Assembly (NCBI GenBank): GCA_951406725.2
Contig: OX597822.1
Coordinates: forward strand, 74,834,001-74,898,000
Source: Octopus vulgaris
Lineage: Eukaryota
Direction of reading: 5' to 3'
Length of the DNA: 64,000 bases
Part shown: piece after piece, positions 12,780 through 26,516 of the stretch
Layout of the letters: each line of letters starts with the position of its first letter
Position numbering within the stretch: the first letter of the stretch is position 1
Program-made: the position numbers and the translations under genes
The notes under the pieces: model-generated
What the model was told of the DNA's origin: nothing
The model's database searches: none
The model's input: only the letters and a program-made list of their open reading frames with translations

Positions 12780-13150
12780 CTAATCACTACTTGGCACTGA
12801 TACTGCTGACATATAAAAGGTAGGGGTGCTCCGAAAGGGGTCTCAGGGAGTAGCATCCCTGCCTTCCTGAGCTAGTTTTCCACCACGTTTCTTAAAAATC
12901 ATGGTAGAGGCCTCAGTCTCAGGACCACTCATGTCTAGAAACTGAGGTTGGGGTTAAGCAAGGGCATGCTCCCTGTAGAAAATCCAGCTCCAAAAATGCC
13001 TCATGATAGCAAAGGAGAATGGGCACCAACCAGCCCAAAGGTTGGGGTGGGCTGCACCTGTCTGCCTTGGTTGCTATGGCATTGAGGTAGATCCAACCAT
13101 CCCCATTAACGGGGAACAAAACCCAGATTTAAAACACTGGATGATGATGA
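12780..13150 (+). mobile_element. Internally deleted RTE-type element
   Basis: Its 3' end ttgctatggcattgaggtagatcca...ttaacggg...ggatgatgatga matches the RTE end at 13988-14040 (-). Confidence 0.6.
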
Positions 13151-13557
13151 AAATAGAAGGAAATGAATTTCCTATACAAAAAAATGAGTTAGCGCTCAGT
13201 AAATAGAGCTGAGAGAATATAGAGTCATGTAGGCTTCAATGAACGGATTTACCATTTCAGGCAATTTCATATGGATATATATGTTTTATATTTGTATATT
13301 TTTTGTATTTATGTATTATATATTTTATATGATGAGTTGTGTCGTTTGAAAAATATATTGAGGAAAATAATCTGATATTTGGTTGTCAATATCTTGAGGG
13401 TTGTTTGCCGAGGTCAACTTTGCCTTTCATCCTTTCGAGGTCGATAGATTAAGTGCCAGTTGCATACTGGGGTTGATCTGATTGACTGGCCCCCACTTCC
13501 CAAAAATTTTGGGCCTTCCTTCATTACTCTCTTTCTCTCTCTCTATATATATATATG

Positions 13558-13939
13558 TGGAGTTGCAATGGCCCAGTGGTTAGGGCAGCGGACTCGCGGT
13601 CATAGAATCGCGGTTTCGATTCCCAGACCGGGCGTTGTGAGTGTTTATTGAGCGAAAACACCTAAAGCTCCACGAGGCTCCGGCAGGGGATGGTGGTGAT
13701 CCCTGCTGTACTCTTTCACCACAACTTTCTCTCACTCTTACTTCCTGTTTCTGTTGTACCTGTATTTCAAAGGGCCGACCGTGTCACACTCTGTGTCACG
13801 CTGAATATCCCCGAGAACTAGGTTAAGGGTGCACGAGTCTGTGGAGTGCTCAGCCACTTACACGTTAATTTCACGAGCAGGCTGTTCCGTTGATTCGGAT
13901 CAACTAGAACCCTCATCGTCATAACCGATGGAGTGCTTC

Positions 13940-13940
<1 letters not shown>
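13558..13940 (+). mobile_element. tRNA-derived SINE family C, young copy in (TA)n
   Basis: A box TGGCCCAGTGG, B box GGTTTCGATTCC. Related copies at about 12370-12690 (+) and 47080-47375 (-). Confidence 0.85.
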
Positions 13941-13987
<47 letters not shown>

Positions 13988-13990
<3 letters not shown>

Positions 13991-14395
13991 AACGGGGGTT
14001 GCTGGATCTAGCTCAATGCCATAGCAACTGCCCTCACATCATCTTGCCTGGGTTTGGGCACCCTCCCTTCTCAAACCAACCCTCCCAATCTCCTTCTCTA
14101 CCTGTCCTCTCCACATTTTCCTTGGTCTACCTTGCTTTCGCTGTCCATTTACTTCAAACTCTAACACCTTCTTCAGAACATGCTCCTTGTCTCTCCTCAA
14201 CACATGCCCATACCACCATACTCCACTCACCCTTTGCCAGCTGTTCCACTGATTCCTTCAACCCCATCAAGGCCTCATGCTACACATTTCTCTCACCATT
14301 GCTCTCTCAATCCTCAAAATTGCCATCTCTTTCTCTCTCTCTCAAACACCATGTCTCATTCCCATACAGCACTGCAGCTCTCACACAACTCCTAT
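13988..14395 (-). mobile_element. 5'-truncated RTE-clade LINE (RT C-terminus)
   Basis: WYGHVLRRDKEHVLKKVLEFEVNGQRKQGRPRKMW is the characteristic RTE post-RT motif; flanked by TA tracts. Confidence 0.85.
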
Positions 14396-14609
14396 ATATA
14401 TAAGTGCAGGCATTGCTATGTGGTTGAGAAGTTTCTTTCTTAACCACATGGTTTTGAGTTCAGTCTTGCTGCATGGCACCTTGGTGACAGTCTTCTACAA
14501 ATCACTGCCTGACCAAAGTTTTGTGAGTGTATTTGGTAGGCAAAAAGTGAAAGAAGCCCATCACATGTATGTATGTGTGTGTGTATTTGTTTGAATCATA
14601 ATTGTTTAA

Positions 14610-14826
14610 GCCTTTCATTACCGACCCAGCTGAAACCACTTCTGGCTCTGAGTACAAATGTCTTTTCATAAGTTTTGAATTAAAATCTTCCCCCAAACTT
14701 TAGTCACAAATTTATGTTCCTAACACTAGCTTAATGATAACTAAGTTATTTTACTAAATTCTTTGTTATATTTAAAATTAATTGAAAGAAACAGAGCATC
14801 TCAACAGAAATATGGTAATGAAAGGG
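14610..14826. mobile_element. piggyBac-like MITE, copy 1
   Basis: TTAA on both sides; TIR cctttcattacc / ggtaatgaaagg. Confidence 0.8.
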
Positions 14827-14857
14827 TTAAAATATATAATAGAGAAACAATTCTTAA

Positions 14858-15078
14858 CCCTTTCAATACCAACCTGGTTGAAACCACTTCTGGCTCTGTA
14901 GTACAAATGTCTTGTTTACAAAAATTGTGAATTAAAGTCTTCCAACAAACCTTGGTCACAATTTATGTTCCTAATACTAGATTAATGATAACTAAGTTAT
15001 TTTACTAAATTCTTTGTTATATTTAAAGTAATTGAAAGAAACACGGAGCATCTCAAAATAGATACAATAATGAAAGGG
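14858..15078. mobile_element. piggyBac-like MITE, copy 2
   Basis: TTAA|ccctttca...tgaaaggg|TTAA; colinear with copy 1 and 31 bp downstream of it. Confidence 0.8.
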
Positions 15079-18000
15079 TTAATATCAACTTTCTCATGTT
15101 TTCCTAAATCAAATGGAATTTGTTGAGGCAAATTTTCTATGGCTGGATGCCCTTCCTGTCCTTACCTGTTTCCAAATAGCACATGTGCAACCTGACTTAT
15201 TTACTCATCCTTACACTGAATGTGTGTGTGTTTGTGTGTGTGAGTATTTGTAGAGTGCTTCACGTAATACATGTACAGCTAACCATATAAACACAGTTAT
15301 ATATCCTGCATGTACATATACACCCACCAGCACACAAAGCTACAGAAAGCGGTTCTCTTATTACAGACCATTGTAGATGTTGGTGACTGGAGTGCTGACC
15401 CAGTAGAGAGGTTGTCTCCCTTCCAAACATTGTACCCACCACTACATCTACAACCACCTCTATTACCACTGGCTTCCCAGATATCATTAACAGCGCCACC
15501 ATCTTCACAACCTGCTGCCACCTCCATCAACTCGAGCGCCACCACCACCACCACCACAACAACCCTACAATCATCTCCATCACCACCACTTTGTTCCACT
15601 TTCAATTATTCCTTGTCCTCGCCCTAGAGATAACCTTTTACAAATGCCAGTTGTAGGACGTGGGGAGATGTCACTAAACTTGAATATTGCCCTTTGTCTC
15701 ATGCCCTGTGTGTGTATGTGTGTGTCTATGTGTGTGAGAAAGAGAGAGAGATGAGTAGAGGAATGGTTGGATTTAGATTTAAATAAATTTATTTTGTTAA
15801 GAGCATATTTCAGAATGTATCCTATTCAGAATTATTGCAAAGCTAGGATTATTCAACAGACATATTTTCTACAGTGTAGCCATTACTGATATTATATTAC
15901 TTTGTATGAGATGCCGGGGGGGGGGGGGTTACACAAGTCTTCCTTTTCTTTCCTCCACCTCACCGCACTCCCTCCCTCCCTTATGCCCTCTTACCCTCTC
16001 TCCTCCTCCTGTTCTATTCTCCCATGTTAACCCTACCCTTCTTATTTGCAGATGGCCTCCATCTTTTTCTTTTGTGTGTGTTTTATTTTTGCTGAGTAAG
16101 GCTGATGGATGCGATCAGCAGAATTTGTTTTCTGTTACTGAGTTTCATGCTTCCATAATTGATGTCTACCAATCTCATCAAACACATGTACATTATATAA
16201 AGCATCAAAACCATGTCCTTTCTCTGGTTTTCTTACACTGAAGACACCCAGAAGCCTAGGTTTGTGAGTATCACGTAAGGCTAGAATTGGGAGCGATGAC
16301 CTCTCTTACAAATGCTATATGGACACAAATTGTGTGTCGATAGCCAGCTGGAAAAGATGTTTTCCTGGGGTTAAAACAACAGTAACATCGTCCTTTATAG
16401 GACTGCCACATTCTGTTGGCATATAAAATTTACTTATTTATATATATAGAAAGGGATTAAGTCAATTACATTGACCCCAGTGTGTAACTGGTACTTAATT
16501 TATTGACCCCAAAAGGATGGAAGGCAAAGTCGACCTCAGCAGAATTTGAACTCAGAATGTAACAGCAGACAAAATACCGCTAAGCATTTTGCCCATTGTG
16601 CTAACGCTTCTGTCAGCTCGCTGCCTTCCAGCTTGCCAGCCCTGGTCAATCTGTCCAACTCATGCCACCATGGCTAACAGATGCTTGATGATGAAAATAG
16701 TTTTGGGGTTTTGATAGATGGAAACTGAAAGAATCCTGTCATGTGTGTGCTTATGTGTATCCTTGTCTAGACACCATATGATGATTGTAAATGAGTATCA
16801 CTGTCATACAAGTGAGGTTGTTCATTTCCAGTTTTTCATGAGGAATGTATCAAGCAATGGGGAAACATTACTTTACTTGGAAAGAGGTGAGAGTTGGCAA
16901 AATGAAGAGTGAGCATCCAGCTGTAAAAAACTACATCAACAAATTTCGAATGACCCATGCAAGCATGGAAAATGGATGTTAAAGCAATGGTCTCACACAC
17001 ACACACACATGCAGTTAATTTCTGACATTAGCAAAAGATCACAAATGTTTAAGGGAGATTTACAATCGATATAATCACAATTTCCTCCCATTCTTAGTAC
17101 TTATTTTTGATGCTTCTACCCCTGGAGGAATAAAAACTGCAAAGTAGAAAGAGAAAAAAATCCTGCACCATTTGAACGCAGAACATTGAGAGAGAGAGAG
17201 AGAGCAGAAAGTTTGGGGAAAATTAAATTGGTAATCAAAAAAATATTAAAGGGAATATGGATTTATGTGCATAAAACATCAGTATGCAAATTAACTGAAT
17301 GACTGGGTTAACCAATTAACACATATGTGCTCATGATTGAGACATTAATTCTGTGCTAAATTAAACTTTCAAAGCAAAGAATGTTTAGTATTTATTTTAT
17401 GCGTTTAACTATTAAAGTTTTATTTTTAAAATATTAAAACAAAAAAAGAAAAGAAATTGAAGTGAATAATAGGTACAGATGTGGCTGTGTGGTTAAGAAC
17501 TTTACTTCCTAACCATAGGGTTCTAGGTTCAGTCCCACTTTGAGGTACTTTGGGCTAGTGTTTTCTACTATGTCCATAGGCTGACAAAAGCTTTGTGAGT
17601 AGATTTGGTAGAAAGAAAAAGCTTGTTGTATAATGTGTGTGTGCGTGATGCCCATACCTCCTGACAGGCTCCTGTGCTGGTTGCATGTAAAAAGCACCAT
17701 CCAAACATTGTACAAAGAAATATTAATTAGTCTGTCATCTACTCCTTCGCCTCCTCCTCCTACTATTCCCATTTCCTATGATTCTTTCTCTCCCACTGTG
17801 TGTGAGGGGAGAGTTATTCTTTTACCTATTGCCTGCCACCAAGCCTAGTATGTGCACTCATCCTGCACCTCTTATATTAACTCTTTATCTTTCTTATACT
17901 CTCTACTCTTTTCCTTATATAATGTAAAATGTGACTGGAGAAATCAACCAACCAACATTTATATCGTCTGTTATTACGTAGAGCTGTTTGATGAAACCAA

Positions 18001-20864
18001 AAGAAATAACTCAAGATAAAATATTTATAAAATGTTTTTTTTTTCTTTGATGTAAGTCTATACACCTCAGTCTTAACTAATTATAATTAAAATCAGGCAA
18101 TGTGGTGGTAGGGAACATTAGTGTCACCTTTAACAGACATAGTATCAACATGTCATAGTGATAACTGAAGATATGTTTCTGCCTTATTAGAGCTCCTCAG
18201 CAAGATATAGTTATTCACTGGCCAAACTTCATATTCACAAACGTCTGAAAGTATTATTTTCTCCTTTGTTTCATTTTTCAAATTTCTCCCTTGCCTTTAT
18301 TTATTTATTTCTTCTGCATCCATGCACAAATGTATTTCTCTACATGTTGCCAAATTTTGGGGTGAGGCAAGTTGAGGGGGAGCATTTAGTTCTCTCGCTT
18401 CCTCTCTCTAATTAGTTCTCTTGGCATAGCACTTTAGTCTTCATCACATACATGGAACTTATTCATGCAAGCTTAACCTACCAATTTTATCAATTCTTCA
18501 TCTTTTTAGATCCTTCCTCCTTGATAACTAAATTCTTGCTTTCCTCATATTCATTCCTCAACATTTACGAACAGGCACAGGCATGGCTGTGAGGTAAGCA
18601 GTTTGCTTCCCGACCACATGGTTTTGAGTTCTATCCCACTGTGTGTCAATTTGGACAAGTGTCTTCTACTATACCAAGGCCTTGTGCGTCTTAACTAATT
18701 ATAATTAAAATCAGGCAATGTGGAGGTGGTGGTAGTGGTGGAAAAGATTAGTGTCACCTTTAGCAGACATAGTATCAACATGTGATGGTGATAACTGAAG
18801 ATATGTTTCTGCCTCATTAGAGCTCCTCAGCAAAATATAGTTATTCACAAACTTCTGAATGGCAGAAACTGAAAGAAGCCTGTCGTGCGCGCATGTGATT
18901 CACCATTACTAAAATATGACCAAGGGTGCAAGGAGCATGGGCATTGCTAGAAATAAGTGTCAGAGTCTCCTCAGCCACAGAAAGCAGTTGGGTGGTCCTC
19001 ATGTCTGTGTGTGGTCCCCTCCTCCTCCACTACTTGACAACTGGTGTTGGTGTGTTTATGTCCCCAAAGCTTTAGCAGTTAAGCAAAATTTCAGCTCTCA
19101 TCTTTTATCTACTACTTGTTTCAATCATTAGACTGCAGCCATGCAGTGCCCCACCCTTTTTTTCAGCCTGGTATTTATTGTATAGGTCTCTTTTGCTAAC
19201 TGCTAAGTTACAGGGTTATAGACTCATCAACACCTGTTGTCAAGCAGTGTGGGAAACAAACAGATGCAAAGATACACACACACACATGGTGCCAGGTAAA
19301 AAGCACCCAGGAACTCTGTAAAGTGGTGGGTGTTAGGAAGTTCATGCCAGAACAGACAATGGAGCCTGATGTGGCCCCCCTGGCCTAAGCAACTCCTGTC
19401 AAGCTGCCCAGCCCATGCCAGTTTTGAAAGTGGATTTTAAATAATGCTGATTATGATGGTATATGACAGGCTTCTTTCAGTTTCCATCTACCAAAATCCA
19501 CTGACAAGACTTTGGTTGGCCCTAGGCTATAGTAGAAGACACTTTCCCAAGGTGCCATGCAATGGGACTGAACCCGGAAGCATGTGGTTTTGAAGCAAAC
19601 TTCTTACCACACGGCCACGCCTGTGCCTATGGCCACATCTGCACTTGTGTATTTTTTAAAATTTGGTACTTATTCTGTTGGTCCCTTTTGCAGAACCATG
19701 AAGTTACAAGAATGCCAACAAAACAACACTGATTATCAAGTGCTTGGGAGAAGTGTGACAAACTCACGCACACATATATGACAGGATTCAACACAGTTTC
19801 TCTCCACCAAATTCACTTGCAAAGCATTAGTCTGCCCAGGGCTGTAGTAGAAGACACTTGCCTGAGGTGCCGTGCAGTGGAACTGAACTGAAAACCATGT
19901 GGTTGCAACTTAACCTCACATTCATGGCTTGCTATAGTTTAACACATTGAGTACCATGAGGAAATGTGTACATTGATCCTGTGTACTACACATGGTTTTT
20001 TTTCAAATTCGTATAGCATTTCAGTTGTGTACAAAAGCTGTATACAGTTCATTTCTCATTGAGAAATCATGTATACAATATCTGTATATGCAGCACATTT
20101 GTAAAGTACCGTGTATACATATACTGTATACATGGCACTCATTGTGCTGGCCTGTTGCAGGACAACCCTCATTGTGTTAGTCTTCTTATCAAAGGATATT
20201 GTAGTTGGGTTCATTCACCTTTTTTCTTTTGTATGTCAGGGAATGCATCAAACAGTAGCAGACTGGGTCTAAAAATATTGGTTGCCAGGAGACTAAGGGG
20301 GCCCACCTGCAACTACAATGCTATCATTTAATTTTTGTTTTTGTTAAAAGTATTCTTTCCAACTGTCTACAAACACAGCCATGCTGAAATAAAGCATTCA
20401 TCCAGGAGTGAATTAAAAAATTCTCAAACTTGAGGGGATGCACCCCTTAGATACTAACATGGGCTCCCATATATGGATTCTAATGGCGCAGAGGCCCACT
20501 TGCCATCGGGCAAGCTGGCAACCTTGCCAGTCTGCCTCTGGCATCATCCAGTGTCTTTATTGTCCTTATTTATTAAAGATGAGTAGGGTGTTATTTGAGG
20601 GAACTGTATTGGATCTTTATCTCTATTCTAGTTTTTGGTGAAGTAGAAGAGGTTAGAAGGGGTCAAGTGGTGAAGACATTATTTCAGCCTAGCTAAAGGC
20701 ATCTGGAAAATGTAAAATTGCTGTCAGAGAAAAACCATTGTTCTACCGTGAGAAAAGTTCTGTTGCAGTGTTAATTAAAAGATCCACTACAGAACTTTGG
20801 CAGGTTGAGCGACCATATAGATCAGTTATTATGATTTCTGAAAACATTTCCCAGAAATGTTCTA

Positions 20865-20930
20865 GTTAGGGTTTTAGGGTTAGGATTAAGGTTGTCGGGT
20901 TAGGGTTGGAGTTTTAGGGTTAAGGTTACG
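20865..20930 (+). repeat. Degenerate interstitial TTAGGG-like tract
   Basis: gttagggttttagggttaggattaaggtt...gggttagggtt...tttagggttaaggtt; probably internal to a non-autonomous DNA element. Confidence 0.7.
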
Positions 20931-22572
20931 GGGGGGGGAGTGAGGAATGAAGAAATTGGGAGCGGGGTTCAAAAATCCAATTTTTGGAAATTTTCGGGAA
21001 TCTCTGTATCCGAAAACGTGTGGTTTTTTTTGGGGAAAAAATTTTTTTTAAACAGTAATTTGCGAAAAAATGGGGGTGGGGCGGAGGAAATCTTTCCAAC
21101 TGCGGTCCGAAACACTTTCTGAATGGCACGCGCCGAGAGAAATTTTTGAATCATTTTTGTCACTTCTCATTTGGTCTATTTCATGAAAACGGTTGTCCAT
21201 GCCTGTTACAGATGCTTTCGCGTTAGCTCGACTTAGCCACTGCTTATCAAAGACTCAGTCAGTGAAACTCACTGTACTGGGATATAATCCACGCAATTAA
21301 CCTTACCGCGATGCAGTATGTTGCTGAGTGACGGGTAAACTTTCGTCAGCTGCATTGAAATAATAAAGCGAAACGAAAACCGAGGGGGCGGTGGTGGGTG
21401 GGTGGCAATAGGTCTTGTTTGTTTACTCCTGTGAACTTTGAGTGAAAGGATAGGTTTGTGCATAGATTTGTTTGAGTTGGAGCAGAAATTACGTGTATGT
21501 GAGAAAGATTGTGCGCCTGTGTGTAAATCTGTGAGAGACTGTGCATTTGTATGTATGGAGAGGCAAGCGTGAAGGGAGGAGTAATGGAGTTAGTGTGAGT
21601 GAGAGAGAGAGAGAGAGAGAAAAGTGAGTATAGAAGTAAATGAAAGACGAGAGAAAGATTTAGATAGATAGATAGATAGTGCGAGAGGGAAAGAGAGAGA
21701 GAGTGAGTGTGTGTGTGTGAAGTAAGGTAGGTTATTGACTGAGAGCGAAAATATTTTGTGGTGGGAGGAAGAGGAAACTGGTTTGTTTTGGGTTTGTGTA
21801 AGCACCAGATGGAAAGGAAAGAAAAAAAGTTGTTTGTACGTCAAGCCAGTCATTTATACGTACAACAATACAAGCAATCAATTTTTCTCTCTGTCTATCT
21901 GTCACTCTCTCTCTCTTTCTCTCTCTCTAACACATTTCAATCCATGAAAACCGAAGTTTGTAACATCCAGCGTAGAACCAGACTGACTGACTGACTGACT
22001 GACTAACTTAGAAAAAACAAAAAACAAAAACCAGAAAGAAAAAACACCAAACCATCCTGCACAGACAATCTAGCAGCAAGCTGACAGGTTGAGGAACAGC
22101 TTCGTTTTCATGCCATATTAGGGGAGCTGAGAAACTCCAACCACTGTCTGTAGAACTGGTATGCAACTGGCTTGGCGACCGGTTTTTGGTGTGTGTTTTT
22201 TTTTGTTTTCAATCTCGTTGGTTGGCTGGTTCGGTTAGATTCCGCTTTATCGTATCTGTTATAAAATGATGATGATGATGACGACGATGGTATAGTTAGT
22301 ACGAGTTGAATATTTTTTATTATATTGATCTTGGTGAGATAAGATAAAGTGATCCATCTGCAGGTTCCATATTCAAACTGAACAGAAGTTGTACGAGGAG
22401 GACATAATTCTTTTTTATTACACACTCACACACACACATATATATAATATATATATATATGAGAGAGAAAGGAGAGAGAGTGAGAAGAGGCGATAGCTAG
22501 ATATGATCAGTATAGAAAATATAGAAAAACTCTAAATTCTTTGTTTAGGACTAGGTATCTCCCTTTATATCC

Positions 22573-22966
22573 AGGCGCAGGAATGGCTGTGTGGTAAGTA
22601 GCTTGCTTACCAACCACATGATTCCGGGTTCAGTCCCACTGCGTGGTACCTTGGGCAAATGTCTTCTCCTATAGCTTCGGCCTGACCAAAGCCTTGTGAG
22701 TGGATTTGGTAGACGGAAACTGAAAGAAGCCTGTGTGTGTGTGTTTGTGTGTATGTTTGTGTCTCTGCGTTTGTTCCCCCCAACATCGCTTGACAACCGA
22801 TGCTGGTGTGTTTACGTCCCTGTAACTTAGCGGTTCGGCAAAAGAGACCGATAGAATAAATACTAAGCTTACAAAGAATTAGTCCTGGGGGGGGGGGTCG
22901 ATTTGCTAGGCTAAAGGCGGTGCTCCAGCATGGCCGCAGTCGAACGACTGAAACAAGTAAAAGAGT
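22573..22966 (+). mobile_element. SINE family A, full-length copy
   Basis: Complete head, body and tail with most CpGs retained. Confidence 0.9.
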
Positions 22967-23427
22967 AAATATCAACAGGCATATATAATTTGCTTTCTGT
23001 CTTTCGTTCGTATCGGTCTGTGACAGAGACTAAGTCCCACATATTCAGAATCTATCCTCGCGTCTTCATTCGCCTCCCCACTCTCTCTCACAACATACAC
23101 ACACTTGAGAGAGAGAGAGAGAGAGAATTGCAATATGCTGTTACCATTCTACCTCGTTCATTACCCACTCTTTTATAGAATCACGCAAGATAAAAATTGA
23201 CTCAGTTGGGCGTAGGAAGGAAGAGGTGTGGCCTGTGAAATTACTTGCTGTTGTGAGTTGTGAGGAGAAAATAGGCGAACCAAAACAACTCGGTGCACGA
23301 AACTCTCGTCCCACGGGTCACTTTATAACTTCTGCCAATTATAACGATTATATATATATATACATATATTATACACTCATTTATTGAGTTCTCTATTGTG
23401 TTTGTTTTACAAAACTTTTCTCTCTGG

Positions 23428-23460
<33 letters not shown>

Positions 23461-25124
23461 CATACATACACGTACGCTGGCGTACCTCAACTTACATCGG
23501 TAATAAGTTTCATGACATGACTTAATTCGAAAAATTACGTAACATGAAAATTAAAAGAAAAATAATCTTATATTTGTTTTAATAATGGTTTATATATATA
23601 TATGTATATATATATATATTTTTTTTTTTCACGCGTATTTTTTATTTATTTGATTTCCCACTTCGGTATTGGTTTTTTTTGTATTCTACAATTTTATACC
23701 TTTAAATGTATTCGCTCGGGCCGACGTCGAGTCGAAAAAGACGTAACTCGAATTAACGTAAGCTGCGTTATCCATCCCTATATATATATGTTGTATAGCG
23801 CGCGCGCGCGCGTATTTATATATATATACACGCACACACCTACACCCTGGTGGAAATATGACTTACTACTTGTAGGTGTGAATAATTTAATCACCCCTCC
23901 CCCCTGCTCTCTTTTTGTTCACGTCCCCACCCATTCTCTGGGTGTACTAATTAATATCTTACACGCAGAAAAACACAATGACATGTGGTTAAACTTCTAA
24001 AAACTTAAGACCCAACTTTCTTCATTCCTCCTACATAGCAAATCTCACGCCCTCCCCCTCTCGCTCTGTCTCTTTATATCTAACTCTATATCTCTATCTC
24101 CCCCTCTCATGTTGTCTTTCTTTCTATCTCTGTATCTCACTCCGTCTTTCACTCTTACGGTTTCTTTCTCTCTCTCTCTCTCTCTCCACCTCCGTCTCTT
24201 GCTCTTACTCTCTTTCCGTTCCTTCATAGTATTTTTTTTTTCATATCTCTCAGTTTACTCCTTAGTTCCGACGCGAAGTGACGGCTATTTTACCAGCAAA
24301 ACTGTGGATACTTAGGAACTAAGGAAACAAACGTACATTAATATTTATTATTATCACTATCTTAATAATTAACACGTTCTCTTTTCTACTTTATTTCAAA
24401 CACAGCGGAACACAAAAGGTGAGAAGCAATTTAGTAAAAGCGTACTAATGCGCGTTGTTACACACACACACACACACACACAAATACTTGTTTAATTTTG
24501 TCTGTCGGACAAACGAGTACTCGATACCATTGTAGAGATTAATAATATATATAGTTTTTGTTTTGATCGGGTCACTCTGTTGCTACTGTGAATTTCATCC
24601 GAGAGTACGTAGATAGGGTAATCGGGCAAGTTTTAAGACTAATTCGACCAACGTATATATATATATAAGGCGATCTTTCGTCTCTAGTAGACCTTTCCGT
24701 CGATTTCCGTAAAAAAAATTTTTTTTTTTTACATATGGGCTTGCGGGAACTTTTGAAGTAATGAGAGCGAAAGAGACTAAGAGAAAGCGATTGTATGACG
24801 AGGGAAGTTCTTTTGAAGTTACCGTGCATGGCAAGCATTGATGTACATGTGTGTGTGTGTGTGTGTGTTTGATGGGGTGTGAGAGACAGACAGTATGTTG
24901 TGTAAGTGAAGTGCTTTTGTTAGTGTGTGTGAAAGAAAGAGATAACTGAAATTTTTTACTCGGTGTATGTGTATATGCATGTATGTGTGTGTGTGTATGT
25001 ATCTATGTATGTGTGTGTAGATCGCATCGCCATATATATATATATAGTGTCTGTGTGTGCGTGAGAAATAGAGAGATGGGTCAATTATTTTACATGCTTA
25101 CGGTTCTGTAAATAAACATTCTTT

Positions 25125-25251
25125 GGTACTACTTAGAGAGTTCCCGACGCATCTACGTAACTCTAAAACTAACCCTGACCCCTAACGAGTGTGCACTGTA
25201 AGAACAAATCGTTACGGAGATGCATTAGGACCTCTATATTTAAGTAGTGCC
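25125..25251. mobile_element. Merlin-like MITE with 8-bp TSD
   Basis: TIR ggtactactta / taagtagtgcc; TSD cattcttt / cattctta; internal ctaaccct-like repeats. The superfamily call is inferred from the GG termini and 8-bp TSD. Confidence 0.7.
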
Positions 25252-25314
25252 CATTCTTATATGTATTAATCTGTCATTCTTTTTTTCTCTCTCTCTCTCT
25301 CTCTCTCTCTCCAG

Positions 25315-25353
25315 GCAAACTTGAGCTAAGAGTAGGATTACGTACCGTACTAG
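25315..25353 (+). other. 39-nt exon (possibly coding KLELRVGLRTVL in phase 1, or 5' UTR)
   Basis: (CT)n polypyrimidine tract plus CCAG acceptor; TAG|GTAAGT donor; length divisible by 3; only one frame is open. Confidence 0.65.
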
Positions 25354-26297
25354 GTAAGTAGAAAACGATTATTATTATCATATAAGATGATGATGATGGT
25401 GATGATAATTAGAGAAGTAATTGCATCTAATTTAGGCACAAGGTCAGCACTTTTGAAGGTAAGGGGTTAGGTCGAAAGCATCGATCCAAGTGTCTGTCTG
25501 GTAGCGATCACCTAAAATGGAGGAAATAATAATAATAATAATAATAATAATCCTTTCTATAACAGGCACAAGGTTTGAAATTTTGGGGAGGGAGATTGTC
25601 GATTACATCGACCCCAGTATTCAACTGGTACTTAATTTATCGACTCCCGAAAAGATGAACGGTAAAGTCGACCTCGGCGCAATTTGAACTCAGAACGTAG
25701 TGACGGACGAAATAATAATAATAGTAATAATAATGGCTTCAAGTTTTTGGCACAGGGCCAGCAGTTTTTGAAGGGAGGGGGTGAAGTCGATTACATCGAC
25801 CCCAGTACTTAACTGGTATTTATTTTATTGACCCCCACCCCTCCAAATAGATGAAAAGCAAACTCGACCAACAATAATAACAATGGGAATTATTACACAT
25901 GTCGCATATAATACACACTGCTTGCCTTTACACTTGAAAATACTGTATTTGTATTACCCTTGTGGCAAATAAAAATATCTTCATTATCACTCTCCATCAT
26001 TATCATCGTTATAATTGTCTTTGTACATTGAGTTTGATAGTCATTTTCTTGGGTGGGGGACTAGGTAAATAAGTACTTGTCATATACATTAAGACCAGTT
26101 ATATTACCTTCACCCCCCCCCCATCCAAAGTTGTGTCCTTGTACCTGTGAATGCAGTGGTATTTTTTTCCTTTCATTCGATTTCTTTATATCCTACCCCT
26201 GATATATTTTTAACCTGTAAACTCCTTTGTAAACCCCCTATTTTGTAACCTGTCCTTTTCCTCTGTCACTTTTCTGTCGTTAACCCATTAAGTCCCA

Positions 26298-26512
26298 AGG
26301 CGGCGAACTGGCAGAAACGTTAGCATGCTGGGCGAAATGCTTAGCGGTATTTTAGTCTGCCTTTCCATTCTGAGTTCAAATTCCGCCGAGGCTGACTTTG
26401 CCTTTCATCATTTTGGGGTCAATAAATTAAGTACCAGTTGTGTACTGGGGTTGGTCTAATCGACTGGCCCCCTCCCCACAAATTTTGGGCCTTGTGCCTA
26501 GAGTAGAAAAGA
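26298..26512 (+). mobile_element. Family B SINE with 18-bp TSD, inserted into a MITE end
   Basis: ttaacccattaagtccca (26280-26297) versus ttaactcattaagtccca (26513-26530). Confidence 0.85.
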
Positions 26513-26516
26513 TTAA

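Noticed and set aside
15310-15627. 105-aa Ser/Thr/Pro-rich ORF
   Set aside because: Low-complexity (ACC)n-driven, with no recognisable domain and no clear splice boundaries.
20865-20930. Telomere or chromosome-fusion scar
   Set aside because: Short, degenerate and single-orientation; similar tracts occur inside mobile elements at about 25170 and 51470.
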